Origin: an uncultured delta proteobacterium
GTDB lineage: Bacteria; Myxococcota_A; Polyangia; Polyangiales; Polyangiaceae
DNA: 64,000 nt
Direction: 5' to 3'
NCBI GenBank assembly: GCA_963850305.1
Contig: CAWKKR010000001.1
Location: 704,001 to 768,000, forward strand
The notes under the pieces are model-generated. The model had not been told where the DNA came from. It saw nothing but the letters and a program-made list of their open reading frames with translations, and ran no database searches. Below, one piece after another: positions 22,642 through 33,182 of the stretch. The translations under genes were made by a program, and so were the position numbers. How positions within the stretch are numbered: position 1 is the first letter of the stretch; every line of letters starts with the position of its first letter.

Positions 22642-22972
22642 ATGAGCTGGGAGACGCCCACGTCCGATGACGAACGCTTCCTGATGGATGCCTTTGAAGC
22701 GAACTTCGAGCGGCTGCGCGAGGAGAGCGGCAGGTCGCTCGCGCCGTTCATCAAGGAGTCCGCGCGCCAGCAGGTCCTGCTCTACTATCGACGCCTGCGC
22801 GAGCTCGCCGCGCAGGTCGAAGAAACCGAGGTGCGACTCGTGCTGCCCGAGCAGACGAGCCCGGAGGGCGCCAGTATACGCTCGAAGGCGTCGTCGATAT
22901 CGTCGAAGACGGCGACTCGACGGTCATGTACGACCTTAAGACGTACCTCGACGCCGACGCTGCGCGCGACCA
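22642..22972 (+). pseudogene. PD-(D/E)xK nuclease family protein, truncated
   Basis: TEVRL...LEGVVDIV...MYDLKT motif across a frameshift; ATGA overlap with the helicase end. Confidence 0.6.
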
Positions 22973-23696
22973 TGAGGTAGCGCGTCCCGCGCAGGAGGCC
23001 GTCGAGCGGGTCGGTCAGGCTCCTCGCCACCTGCTCCATCAAGGTGCCGTACATCTGGTGGACGATCCCCGCGATGTGCACGCGCCGAGTCTTCAGATCG
23101 ATCACGAAGAGCACGAAGTAGCGCACGAGGCCGACGTTGGTCACGACCTCCACCGTAAAGAAGTCCGTCGCCGCGACGGCGCCCCAGTGAGCCTTCAGGA
23201 ACGTCGCCCAGCTTGTTCGCTTCCCACGCTCCGGCGCGGGCTCAAGCCCCGCGTCCACGAGGATTCGCCGGATCGTGTTTCGCCCGAGATCGTGGCCGAG
23301 ATTCCAGAGTGCTCCGCGAATACGCGTGTAGCCCCAGGTCGGGTTCTCCGAGGCCATCCTGGCTACGAGCTCGGCGAGCGTTGTCCGCGTGCGCGGGCGC
23401 CCCGGGCCGCGACGCTCCGAGCCGTCATACTTCGCAGCCACCAGCTTCCGGTACCAGCCGAGCAGAGTGTCCGGCGTGACGATCCCCGCGATGCCTTGGA
23501 GACCGGATCGTCCAAGAGCCTTGGCTCGAACGGCCAACCGTCGGCGCTGGTCATCGGTGAGCCGCAGCCGTCCGCCGCCGAGCTGCTCGCGGAGGACGCG
23601 GTTCTCGGCCAGGAGGTAGTCGATCACGTTCTGCTGGCCACGGTGAATCCAACCGGCGACCGCGAGCACGCAGAAGCGAAACAGAACGGCGTTCAT
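22972..23696 (-). pseudogene. integrase-core (rve) transposase, 3'-truncated
   Basis: [39 protein letters not shown]; stops before the second catalytic Asp region. Confidence 0.75.
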
Positions 23697-23794
23697 CTTC
23701 CGGCCGAGCCTACCTGCTGATGGCCGCTCCCCGAACCCGTGCGAAACCCTGCAAATTCGGCCCGAAGGCGCTCGGTCGAGTTTCGGCACCATAC

Positions 23795-23927
23795 GAGGTC
23801 CACCCTGCACGGCCTCGAGCCGCGCCGCGTGAGCCGCGTCTTCTCCGCACGCGCGGAGGTCCACCCTGTTGCGCGACCCCACGGGCTTCCCGTTTGAGGT
23901 CTTCTCCGCACGCGCGGAGGTCCACCC
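23795..23927 (+). CRISPR. orphan type I-E-like CRISPR mini-array (2 full repeats, 1 partial repeat, 2 spacers)
   Basis: GTCTTCTCCGCACGCGCGGAGGTCCACCC at 23838-23866 and 23899-23927; 3' part GAGGTCCACCC at 23795-23805; 32-nt spacers, 61-nt period; internal hairpin CTCCGC/GCGGAG. Confidence 0.85.
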
Positions 23928-23991
23928 TACGGGTACAGCGGTCTAGGCGCAATCACCTCTAGTCGACAATCCTTCCGGGCTGCCCGACCAG

Positions 23992-25367
23992 CTAGTGGAG
24001 GATTGCCGCTTTGGAGGCGCACCCGAGCAAGATGTCGACGCGGGGGCCACTTCCGAGGCTCGGGTCGACGGACATGCTGCCGCCATCGCCGCTCGCGGCC
24101 TTCACTTCGCTGCAGGTGCCGGGACAGAGTTCGATCTTGGTCGGATTGTTGGGCTCATCGTAGTACCAGCCCTTGCCTCCGAAATTCGCGCAGTCGCTCG
24201 CGGAGGCGACCCGAAGGATCGTTTCCGCAGTGCCGTCGACGAAATTCACATTCACCTTGTCGCGGTCGAACTCTTGACCCGAAGGCGGCGCCGGAATGCT
24301 GAATTCGCAGGGCAGTTGAGTGGACTGGACCACGTTCTGGATCTCCGTCGTCGTCGAGACGGTCGTGACGGTATTTCGAATGAGCGCGAGCGCGTCATCG
24401 AGGGTCGTGCCGCCGGCCGTCACGTTGCAGGCTTCGTTACCCGCGACCGTCGGCGTGCAGTCGCTGTGCCCCGCAACGGCGATCGCGTCGAGCAGATTGA
24501 AGTCGGCTCCGTCCATGCCGATCGTGAACGTCATGATGCCTGCGTTCGCGTAGCCGTCTGCGACGATTCCGGTGAGCGTCGCCGTGTCCTCGGCGCAGCC
24601 GTTCGGGGCGCCGTCCGTGATCAGGACGACGACGCATTTTCGCCGGTTGTGTTGCTCGCCTGGTACTGCGTGCAAAAGTTCACGCCGCCTCGCAGAGCGC
24701 CCTCGATGGGGGTTCCGGCTGCTCCCAGCTCCGCCGCCCCCTCTCGCGCCTCCGGGGCCGTTCGAGCTCAGCGCGCTCGCAATCGCCTGGGATTGGACGG
24801 GATCCAAGATATGTCTCATGGGGACGACCGGCGTGTCGTACGCGCCGCCGGCACACGTTCCCGTGGCCAGCGGGAATAGACCGAGAGCGACGTCGAGGCC
24901 GTTCGAGGCCGGGGCGTTCACGAACGCATTGACGGCCGTGGTCGTCTGCGCCCACTTGCTCGAGCTCGCCCCGGATGGCGTGTCATTCATGCTCTCCGAG
25001 CGATTTTGAACGAGGTAGAGCGCGATGGGGTCGGCTGTGGTCACTGTGACGGGGACCTGCACGGTTTGCTGAGTGACTATCCGTTCCGCGGCCGCGGATG
25101 TCCCCGCGCAAGCCGCGTCAGGAACGGTTGTCGAAGTTCCTTCATCGAGGCCGCTCAGGCCGATGAGGCCCGAGATGGAGTTGTCGGCGCCCGCTGACCC
25201 CGAGCCGGACGCGGTGCTGCCCCCCGCGGCGCCTCGTTGCAGCCCAATCCGTCGTCACGAGCATTGCCGGCGCCCGACGAACATGCCGTCGAGACGGCGA
25301 AGAGTGCCGCCAAGGCCGCCACCCCGCACGGCTGTTCTGAGCTTCGTCCAGATGTCATTTTCTCCAT
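23992..25367 (-). CDS. vWA-domain lipoprotein, frameshifted
   Basis: STAC lipobox-like; degenerate MIDAS, VVVLITDGAPNGC, CEFSIP...DKVNV...GWYYD...LCPGTC. Confidence 0.7.
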
Positions 25368-25384
25368 CTCTTTTCATCGAAACT

Positions 25385-26182
25385 TCAGCATCGCCAAGCG
25401 CCGCCGTAGCAGCCGCACTCGCCGTTGCCGTACGTGCACGCCGTCCCTTCCGACGAGCACGAGTCGCCGTCCGTCGGTTGCTGCGAGGGGCACGCGCCGT
25501 TGGTTGCGCCCCCTGTCGAGCTATCGCCGCCGGTCGATCCGCCGTATCCGGACGAGCTGGCGCTCCTCCCGCCCGTGCTCCCATTCCAGCCGCCGGCGGC
25601 GGACCCTCCGGAGCCCGACGTCCATCCGCCGGCATTCCGTCCGCCGGCAGCGGACCCCCCGTACCCGGACGAGCCGCCGCTCCCCGCTCCACCAGCACCA
25701 GAGCTCCCAAGGGCCAACGCGCAGGCCCAGCTGCTCGACAGGCAGTAGCACGCAATGTTGCCGTAGATGCAACTCGTGCCCTCCGGCGCCGTGCACGACG
25801 TTCCGGCGACCGGTTGCTGAGAGGAGCAGTTCGCTCCGGGCGACGTCAGCGTGCCGCCAGTTCCCGAATTCGATGAACCCGCATTCGCAGCGGCGCCCGT
25901 ACCGCCGCTGCTCCCGTTCCAGCCTCCCGACGAATTTACGGCGCCGGTGACCCCGCCGGCGTTCCATCCTCCGGAGCCCTCGACTGCGCCTGTGCTGGAG
26001 GTCCCTGGTACGCCCGCGCTAGATGAAGAAAAGTCGGGTGGGGTGGACGCCGAACTACTCCCACAAGCTCCGGAGAACAGAGCGGCAATTACCACGAACC
26101 CGCGCGTACACGCGGCGCTCACGACGAGGGCGAAATGTCGTGATTGCAATCCCCGGTACGGTCGATGGCCACTGTTCGACAT
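25385..26182 (-). CDS. Gly/Ser-rich lipoprotein with two small Cys-rich domains
   Basis: SGAC lipobox-like; repeated C..QQP..G.SC...G..C.YG...C.C....W.C. Confidence 0.7.
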   Translation of the reverse strand: MSNSGHRPYRGLQSRHFALVVSAACTRGFVVIAALFSGACGSSSASTPPDFSSSSAGVPGTSSTGAVEGSGGWNAGGVTGAVNSSGGWNGSSGGTGAAANAGSSNSGTGGTLTSPGANCSSQQPVAGTSCTAPEGTSCIYGNIACYCLSSSWACALALGSSGAGGAGSGGSSGYGGSAAGGRNAGGWTSGSGGSAAGGWNGSTGGRSASSSGYGGSTGGDSSTGGATNGACPSQQPTDGDSCSSEGTACTYGNGECGCYGGAWRC

Positions 26183-26266
26183 GTTCGATTTGCACCTTCC
26201 GTTCGCGCCGTCAGTAACCGCACGCGCCCGAACGAATGCAATCGCTCGCTGCCTAATCCGCGTGTC

Positions 26267-27424
26267 TCACCGAGGCGACGTCGCGCCGGACGATTGGAGA
26301 AGAATGCGCCGAACTTCGTCTTGGGCCGGCCCGTCAGGGTAAGCCTTCAGATACTGCTCGGCTTCGCGCGAAGCTTCCTCGAGTCGTCCGAGCCGTTTGA
26401 GCGCCCGTATCTTGTTGAGCCGCACGTCCGGCTCGAGCGCGGTACCCGGAAACCTCGCCAGCAACTCGTCCAGATTTCGCAGGACCTCGACGTCATCGCC
26501 GGCTTTGCGCGCGTCGAGGGCCGCCTGGAACAAGCGATTTTGACTGGCCAGGGCTCCTCGACGAGTCGGCCTGCGACTCACTGAATGCGGCAGCTCCGCT
26601 CCGTCCTTCGCTCGCTCGAAACCGGGCACCACGGCGCTGGCAGCCTCGGTCGAGTCGGCAGGCTTCGCGGCAATAGACGACCAGCTATTACCTGCCGCGA
26701 TGAGTTGCTGCTCACCGCCGTGCACGATCAGCACCGATCCGCGAGTCACTACGACCGAGGTTATCGTTCCGGGGGCGGGTTCGGCAGGTTCGACGCGAAC
26801 GGAGAATTTGGTGCCGTGCACGATGACCTGCGCGTCGGGGGTCGTAATGGCCACCATTCGCGGCCCACCGGGGTTCGGCACGGACACTCGGACGGACCCG
26901 ATATCGAGTCGAATCCGCTGCTCGACCGTGCGTGCAGTGTCGACCCACGCCTGCGTCGCGAACCCGAGCTCCATGCTCACGCCGCGCGGCAGCGCGAGCA
27001 GCCCGCGGCCATCCGGAGCGGTGCGAATCTCCTCACCCTCCAAAACTGCAACGCGTGCGCCGGCGGATACGGCCTCCTCGTGTCCAGGTTGCGTCGCGAC
27101 GACCACGCCTGCGGTCACGCGCAGCTCGGCCGGAGCCTTCGCGACGGCATCGGACGAATCCGCGTGAGAGCGAGTCGGCCTCCGGACCTCGAACTCACGC
27201 CAGCCCAGACCCATGAGACACACCGCTGCAGCAGCCGCCGCGCTTCGCGCGAGCCAGTGTAGGCGCCGGTGTCGGCGCGTCTCTCGGGCCATGGTCCTCA
27301 CCGTCGCCGCGACCGCCATTCGCCGACGCGCTTCGTCGGCCGCGCGCGACTCCTCGGGGACCGGTCGTCGACGCAGCTCTTCGAGCAGCTCGAGGGGCGG
27401 TTCGGGATGTTCGACGCGGGTCAC
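26267..27424 (-). CDS. FecR-domain anti-sigma factor with C-terminal TPR-like region
   Basis: TM helix; ITTPDAQVIVHGTKFSV FecR motif; YLKAYPDGP. Confidence 0.8.
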   Translation of the reverse strand: MTRVEHPEPPLELLEELRRRPVPEESRAADEARRRMAVAATVRTMARETRRHRRLHWLARSAAAAAAVCLMGLGWREFEVRRPTRSHADSSDAVAKAPAELRVTAGVVVATQPGHEEAVSAGARVAVLEGEEIRTAPDGRGLLALPRGVSMELGFATQAWVDTARTVEQRIRLDIGSVRVSVPNPGGPRMVAITTPDAQVIVHGTKFSVRVEPAEPAPGTITSVVVTRGSVLIVHGGEQQLIAAGNSWSSIAAKPADSTEAASAVVPGFERAKDGAELPHSVSRRPTRRGALASQNRLFQAALDARKAGDDVEVLRNLDELLARFPGTALEPDVRLNKIRALKRLGRLEEASREAEQYLKAYPDGPAQDEVRRILLQSSGATSPR

Positions 27425-28083
27425 TGCGTTCTCCCTTCGGAAGCCAAGCCGAGGGCTTCTAGTCGATGCCGCAATTCGACGCGGCCGCGAAACAGCCGCG
27501 ATTGAACCGCGGGCCGCGATTTGCGCACCATGAGAGCGATCTCCTCGAGACTGTGCCCGAGCACGTCGTGCAAGAGCAGAACCTCGACCTGCTTTGGATT
27601 CATGCCGGCAAGCTGTTCATGCACTCGCCCCAGCTCAGCGCGCGCCTCGAGCATCCGGAGTGGATCGGGGCCTCCGTGAACTTCCTGGGCTGCATCGAGC
27701 TGCGTTCGGTCAACGACGGAGCGCTCCCTCCTGCGCGACCGCAGCGCGTTCAGGCCCACGTTCGTCGCGATTCGTGAGGCCCACGTTTTCAGGCTGCAGC
27801 CTCGTTCGAATGTTCCGCGCTTCAGGGTAACGATGATCTGCTCGAAGGACTGCTGGACGAGATCGTCGTGATCGGGTCCACGCTGGCCGACGACGCGATA
27901 CAAGGTGTGGTCGACGGCGCCCACGAGCCGATTGGAGAGCTCGGACGCCACTCGCGTGTCTCCACGCTGAACCGCCGCGATGATGGCTTGGTCGCTGATG
28001 ATGGGAACCCCGTCCGGTGCGCTCGAGCCTCCGGAAATCACCTGGAAGAGCGCGCGAGAGGAAGCGGTTCCGAATCGCGGCAT
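27421..28083 (-). CDS. ECF RNA polymerase sigma factor
   Basis: DDLVQQSF...LKTWASRIATN (sigma2); LEEIA...AVQSRLFRGR (sigma4). Confidence 0.88.
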   Translation of the reverse strand: MPRFGTASSRALFQVISGGSSAPDGVPIISDQAIIAAVQRGDTRVASELSNRLVGAVDHTLYRVVGQRGPDHDDLVQQSFEQIIVTLKRGTFERGCSLKTWASRIATNVGLNALRSRRRERSVVDRTQLDAAQEVHGGPDPLRMLEARAELGRVHEQLAGMNPKQVEVLLLHDVLGHSLEEIALMVRKSRPAVQSRLFRGRVELRHRLEALGLASEGRTQ

Positions 28084-28197
28084 GTCGCCTGGATAGTAAC
28101 CGCACGCCGCCGGCCGAATGCATCGGCCATCCGAATCGCAGCCGGGGGAAGCCCGGAAACAGGGATCTGCTCGTGAGCGGCGTCGGGTATCTTCGGT

Positions 28198-29361
28198 TTG
28201 CCGATGCCGATGCCTCAAATCGCCGTCGAAATCTCGGCGCCCTACGAAGCCGCGACGGATCCGGGCGAAGCGCGAGTGCAGAGCGAGAATCGGGTTCGCG
28301 AGCTTCGCCGCGCGCTGCTCGCCGCGTGTACCGACACTGCCGGCGTCGCCGAGTGCGTCGATTCCGACGAGGCACCCGCCGCGGTCGCGGTGGCCTTGGT
28401 AATTTGGCGACGGCGCAGCAGCGTGCACATCGAAGTCAGCTCGAAGCGGGTCCAGGAGGGGCAATGGACGGAGCGCGAGTTGCAATTCAGCGCGGCGGAC
28501 GCGGCCATTGAGCGATGGCGGACCGCCGGGTACGCCGTCGGAACCGTCGCCGGTGAACTGGTGAAGCTGGAAAGCCGCCAGAAGCGCGGGCTCGCCGCTT
28601 CCCCGGCCGGGGAAACCGCGACGAGCGCGTCAGGGGACACGCAGCGTGCAAACAGTGAAGAGCCACCCGGGAGAGAAGCGGAACAGGCTCCGTCCGATCC
28701 CGAGCGCGATCACGGTGGAGGCAAGGACGCCGGCCATGCCGAATCGCCCGGTAAGCGGGATACGGTGGGCGCGGAGGCACCGATCCAGATTGCACGGCGG
28801 GACCATTCGGCGAACGCGGCGGACTGGAAGCCGCCGGATGATTCCACGCGCCTGGAACGCCTGCTCTGGTGGGCAGAAGCAGGCGCTCTCGGCGGCCCGG
28901 GACCCTACGGGAGTGCGCCGAGGTTCGGTGCGTACGCCAGGGTGAGCCGCGTCTTCCAGGGACCGCTCTTGACTGCATCGCTCGGCTACGCGGCGTGCTC
29001 GGACGATCAGCGGGGACTCTCCGCGCAGTGGATCACTGCGTCGGCGGGCGCGGGGTACGCAGCGTTCATCGGCGCTCGGTTCGTGCTCGACCTTCGCGCC
29101 GAGATTGCCGTCGAGCACCTCTCCGCGTTCGTCGACGACACGCCTTCGAGTCGTTCCGACACGGCCGGGCGCTGGATGCCTGCGGTTCGAACGGGTGGCG
29201 AGGTTGCGTGGGCGCCGTTCCATTACTTGGCTGGGTTCCTCGGTGCCGAAGCGATGCTCCGCCCCGCCATCACCGACGTCATCGTCCGCGACGAGCGAGT
29301 CGGCTCGGTCGGGTCCATCGACTACTCGTTGCTCGGCGGGGTTCGCATCCTGTTGCCGTAG
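28198..29361 (+). CDS. hypothetical protein with C-terminal beta-barrel-like region
   Basis: Amphipathic beta-strand pattern in the C-terminal half; divergent from the sigma factor. Confidence 0.55.
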   Translation: MPMPMPQIAVEISAPYEAATDPGEARVQSENRVRELRRALLAACTDTAGVAECVDSDEAPAAVAVALVIWRRRSSVHIEVSSKRVQEGQWTERELQFSAADAAIERWRTAGYAVGTVAGELVKLESRQKRGLAASPAGETATSASGDTQRANSEEPPGREAEQAPSDPERDHGGGKDAGHAESPGKRDTVGAEAPIQIARRDHSANAADWKPPDDSTRLERLLWWAEAGALGGPGPYGSAPRFGAYARVSRVFQGPLLTASLGYAACSDDQRGLSAQWITASAGAGYAAFIGARFVLDLRAEIAVEHLSAFVDDTPSSRSDTAGRWMPAVRTGGEVAWAPFHYLAGFLGAEAMLRPAITDVIVRDERVGSVGSIDYSLLGGVRILLP

Positions 29362-29464
29362 TGGCTCAGGATCGGTCGACGAGCCGTATCACACCGGAAC
29401 GCATCGATCGTCAGTCGCTTGGCATCGAGCGCCGGGGTCCACGGTCCTTGTCCAGCAGCAAGCA

Positions 29465-30065
29465 CTACTCGCAGCGAAATCGCGAGGGATCGCAGAACGG
29501 CTGGTCGTGACCGCAATCGGCGTTGCCGACGCACTCCACGCACTGTCCCGATTCGGGGCGGCAGAACGGCGCGTACCGAGAATCGCACATCGAGTCGTCA
29601 CGACACTCGACGCAAAGGCTGCGACCGACATCGCAAACGCGCTCGTCAATCTGCCGGCAATCGTCGGACGTCGTGCAAGCTAGCGTGCACACTTGCGCGA
29701 CGAGATCGCAGATTTGCGGCGAGGCGCAATCCGCGTCCGACAGACACTCGACGCATTGCTGGGTCGAGACGTCGCAGTGCGGCCGGTACGAGCCGCAATC
29801 CGAGCTCTGCGCGCACTCGGTCTCGGACGAGAAAACATTCGCCCCTGCATCGCCGGCATCGGGCGTCGCCGTGGGCCCGGTCGAACTCGGTTTGGGAACA
29901 TTCGCCCCTGCATCGCCGGCGTCGAGTGTCGCCATGGGCCCAGTCGAGTTCGGTTTCGGTGACAGTACTAGCGACACTCGATCGCACCCGTTCGCGAGCA
30001 CCAGGCAAACGGCGACACGGACCTTGTCGAGACGACGTGCCACGGCTGCAAGGCTACGCCTCACT
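29465..30065 (-). CDS. Cys-rich lipoprotein
   Basis: ANGC lipobox-like; 21-aa tandem repeat; CVEC..D.DC units; ends approximate. Confidence 0.6.
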
Positions 30066-30129
30066 ACAGAGGTGGGCCAGCGTCTACACTGCGAACACGT
30101 CACCGATGCGGCCGAGCCCCCCTCTCGCC

Positions 30130-31167
30130 CAGGGCAATCGCATCTTCCAACGCCTACCCAGCGAGTACGTGAAGCAGGAATTCGTGGTCCCATCCCGCTT
30201 GGAGCCGTCGGGTCTTGATGCCAACCTTGCTCTGGACGTTCTTGAGCAGGTTCATCGTGAAGTGACGTAGCACTGCGAAGTTCTCCGCCGCGTGGCCAGC
30301 CCGGATGCGGCAGTCGTCCTCGCGGAAGGCGAGGTCGAGCACCCAGTGCAGGCGGTTCTCGATACCCCAGTGCGCTCGAACGGTTGCCAGGGCCGTCTTC
30401 GCTGGCAGGCGTTTCTGCGAGGAGATGTAGTAGCGCTGCTCGGTGGAAGTCTTGTCGCCAACGGTACGGTCGACCTCGACGAGCACCACGCACCCGAGCT
30501 TCATCCAGTCGGCCCGTCGTGAGATGAGGGCAAGATCGTAGCAGGCCAGACAGCGTCGCACCTCGGTGCGACCGTGGCCCTTGTTCGTCGTCTCTGCGAA
30601 GTCCGCGATGTCATCGAAGTTCGGGTCGTCGGTCGCGGCATCGAACGCTGCCTTGATGTCGGCGAGGAGCGTGGGCTGGTTGTCCTTGACGGCCAGCATG
30701 TAGTCCGCGCCGCCGCGCACGATCTTCTCCGCGATTTCCTTCTGGCAGCCCATCGCGTCGATGGTGACGACCGCCCCTTTGATATGAAGAACCTCGAGCA
30801 GTCGAGGGATCGCGGTGATCTCGTTCGACTTCTCCTCCGTCTTGACCTGGCCGAGAACTACGCGGTTGCTAGCCGCCCACGCGCTCACCATGTGAACGAA
30901 CGCCTTGTTGCCTGCGTCGCGGAACGAGCGGCGCAGGGTCTTCCCGTCGATGGCGACGACTTCTCCGTTGGTAACCTCGACCAGCGTCTCAACCCACAAG
31001 CGAAATGCCTCCTGCAGGGCCGAGGAGTCGAGCATCGCGAAGACGCGCCCGAACGTGTCGTGGGATGGGATGCCGTTCTCCAGATCAAGGAGCGTGGCAA
31101 GGAACTCCTTCTTGGAGCGCCCGAAAGCCTCGATGGTCGTGAAGGAGTCCGCACCGCATAGGACGCC
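30130..31167 (-). mobile_element. ISAs1-family transposase, 5'-truncated by a second ISAs1
   Basis: PSHDTFGRVF, AIDGKTLR, KSNEITA, DAMGCQ, HWGIEN; IR CAGGGCAATCGCATC at 30130. Confidence 0.88.
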
Positions 31168-31452
31168 CAGGGCAATCGCATCAAATGCCGTCACGACATG
31201 ACTCCCAAAACACGGAGGAGGTATCCGTCGTGCCAGCCTGCGAGCAGGCGCTTGTTCTTCACGCCGAGCTTCTTCCCATCGAGCCCACCGGGAACGGCCT
31301 TGAGAAGGTTGAGGGCGAGGTGGCGGATGACAGCAAAGTTCTCGGCAGCATGACCGGCGCGAACACGACAGTCGTCTTCGCGGAATGCGACATCGAGCAC
31401 CCAGTGAAGTTGATTCTCGATTCCCCAGTGAGCGCGGGTAGCGGCCAGTGCG
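31168..31452 (-). mobile_element. 3' remnant of a second ISAs1
   Basis: HWGIENQLHWVLDVAFREDD; same IR CAGGGCAATCGCATC at 31168. Confidence 0.8.
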
Positions 31453-31508
31453 CCTTCAAAAAAGTTCGAGGGAAGCCGAGCTCGTCCCGAGCTTCGCCCG
31501 GCCCCGGG

Positions 31509-32807
31509 CTAGTGGATCATCTCGACCTTTGTCGGGCACCCGAGAACCACCTGGACCGTACCGCCGCCCTGAGCGAGCTTCTGGCACGTGTTCGGGCAGA
31601 GCGTGAGCTGCGTGTCGCCCTGGTCGTAGAACCATTCGTCGTTGGCGGACGTGTCGCCAACCGCCGCGCAATCGGTGGACGCGCTCACCTGGTACACATC
31701 GGTCGCCGCGGCGTTCGGCGCCGAGTACGTGACGTTCACTTTTGTCGGATCCACCGTACCGTCGCTCGGCACGCCGAAGTCGCAGGAGATCGCTTGACCG
31801 CGAATCTGATCGAGCGCCGCGGCAAACTGTTGCCCGACGTTCCCGCCCGTGTCGACGATGAACGCGGTGCCCGTTCCGCCCGCCGCGGCCAGAGCGTTCA
31901 GCGACGTGAGCGAGCTGCCGACGCCGATCACGAACGTCGGAATCGAAGGGACCGGGGGACTCGCCGTGGGATTGCCCTGGAGGGCAGGCGCGACGAGATC
32001 GCCCGCGATCGTGCCTTTCGTCGTGGCGTCACCGACGACGTCGTCCGCGTCGCATCCGTTCGGATCGCCGTCCGTCGCCAGGACGACGACGGTCTTCTCG
32101 CCGGGGTGCGCGATCGCCCAGCCCGTCGCATATTGATAGGCGCCCTGCAACGCGGGGTACGTCGGCGTGCCGCCGCCGGGCCCGTGGTTGTTGAGCGAGG
32201 TGGTGATGTTCGGACCGACGCCGGGCAAGAGCCCGATCGGCACGTCCGGAGTCGCGTAATCGGACACGGTGCAAGAGCCGCCCGTGTTCGAAAAACAGAT
32301 GTTGACGAACGGAATGCACGTGCAGCCGGACTGACCCGACGTGCACGTTCCCCCGCCGGTACTCCCCGTATACGGAAAGTATCCGATGCCCGCGCTCGTG
32401 CCTGTGTTCGTAGGGTCCGCGACGAACCCCTCGAGCGAGCCCGACACCGCTTGCCACTTCGACGGACTGCCGTCCGCCATCGAACCGGATTGATCGACCA
32501 GAAAATACATGTCGAGCGGCTGGCGTTCGCCTTGATGGATTTCCGTTTCGCACCCCGAGTCGGCGTTGAGGCCACCGCCGCCGCTCGACTCTCCCCCGTT
32601 CGAAAAGAGACCGCCACCGAAGCTCGTGTCGCCGCCGCCGCTCGTGGAGCCCGTGCTGCCCGAAGAAGAACCCGATGACGATCCGCTTCCGCCCCCGAGG
32701 CCCGTTTGACCCGACGACGGCGAGCACGAAGCCAGCCACGACGCGGAAGCGAGCGCCGCGAGCAGAGCCAGCGGCGCGTACGGTCTTTCGTTGCGAAAGC
32801 TATGCAT
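31509..32807 (-). CDS. vWA-domain lipoprotein, paralog of 23992-25367
   Basis: LASC lipobox; DQSGSM MIDAS, GGTPT, LATDGDP, KVNV. Confidence 0.85.
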   Translation of the reverse strand: MHSFRNERPYAPLALLAALASASWLASCSPSSGQTGLGGGSGSSSGSSSGSTGSTSGGGDTSFGGGLFSNGGESSGGGGLNADSGCETEIHQGERQPLDMYFLVDQSGSMADGSPSKWQAVSGSLEGFVADPTNTGTSAGIGYFPYTGSTGGGTCTSGQSGCTCIPFVNICFSNTGGSCTVSDYATPDVPIGLLPGVGPNITTSLNNHGPGGGTPTYPALQGAYQYATGWAIAHPGEKTVVVLATDGDPNGCDADDVVGDATTKGTIAGDLVAPALQGNPTASPPVPSIPTFVIGVGSSLTSLNALAAAGGTGTAFIVDTGGNVGQQFAAALDQIRGQAISCDFGVPSDGTVDPTKVNVTYSAPNAAATDVYQVSASTDCAAVGDTSANDEWFYDQGDTQLTLCPNTCQKLAQGGGTVQVVLGCPTKVEMIH

Positions 32808-33182
32808 GATTTTGACTCCTCGACGCCTCGAATCACCTTGCCTCGCGCCGGCCAGGTTGCACGACGAAGTCTAGTCGACCAACCAACCGAACGCCTGCGG
32901 TATTCCGTTTCGGAGACAAGGCCGTGCAAGTCTCGCCGCCGGGAGCCGTGAAGCCGTCGCCGCCGTCAACCCGCCGGTCCCCGCCGGTCCCCCGCCGTCC
33001 GCGAGCCGTCACGAACGGCGGATTTTGTTGCACTTTGAGAATGTTCGGCGCCGCAGCAGGGGTGCAGACTGCCGCGTGACCGAACGCCGTAGCGATGATT
33101 CCGGGCTCGCGATCGCGGCCATCCTCGCTGTCATCGCGATCGGTGCGCGGCGCACGCGCCGTTGGGGCCAGGGCGCGACGTC

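Larger units (their letters stand above)
20541..22645 (+). pseudogene. C-terminus of a UvrD/AddA-like helicase, interrupted by ISNCY
   Basis: RMFYVALSRAQNLL (SF1 motif VI), YQRCPRQY, FGSLVH; reading resumes after the IS (KAKKDAAKQAGGAA-stop). Confidence 0.65.

Noticed and set aside
29833..29958. 63-bp tandem repeat as a CRISPR array
   Set aside because: It is an in-frame 21-aa coding repeat with no spacer.
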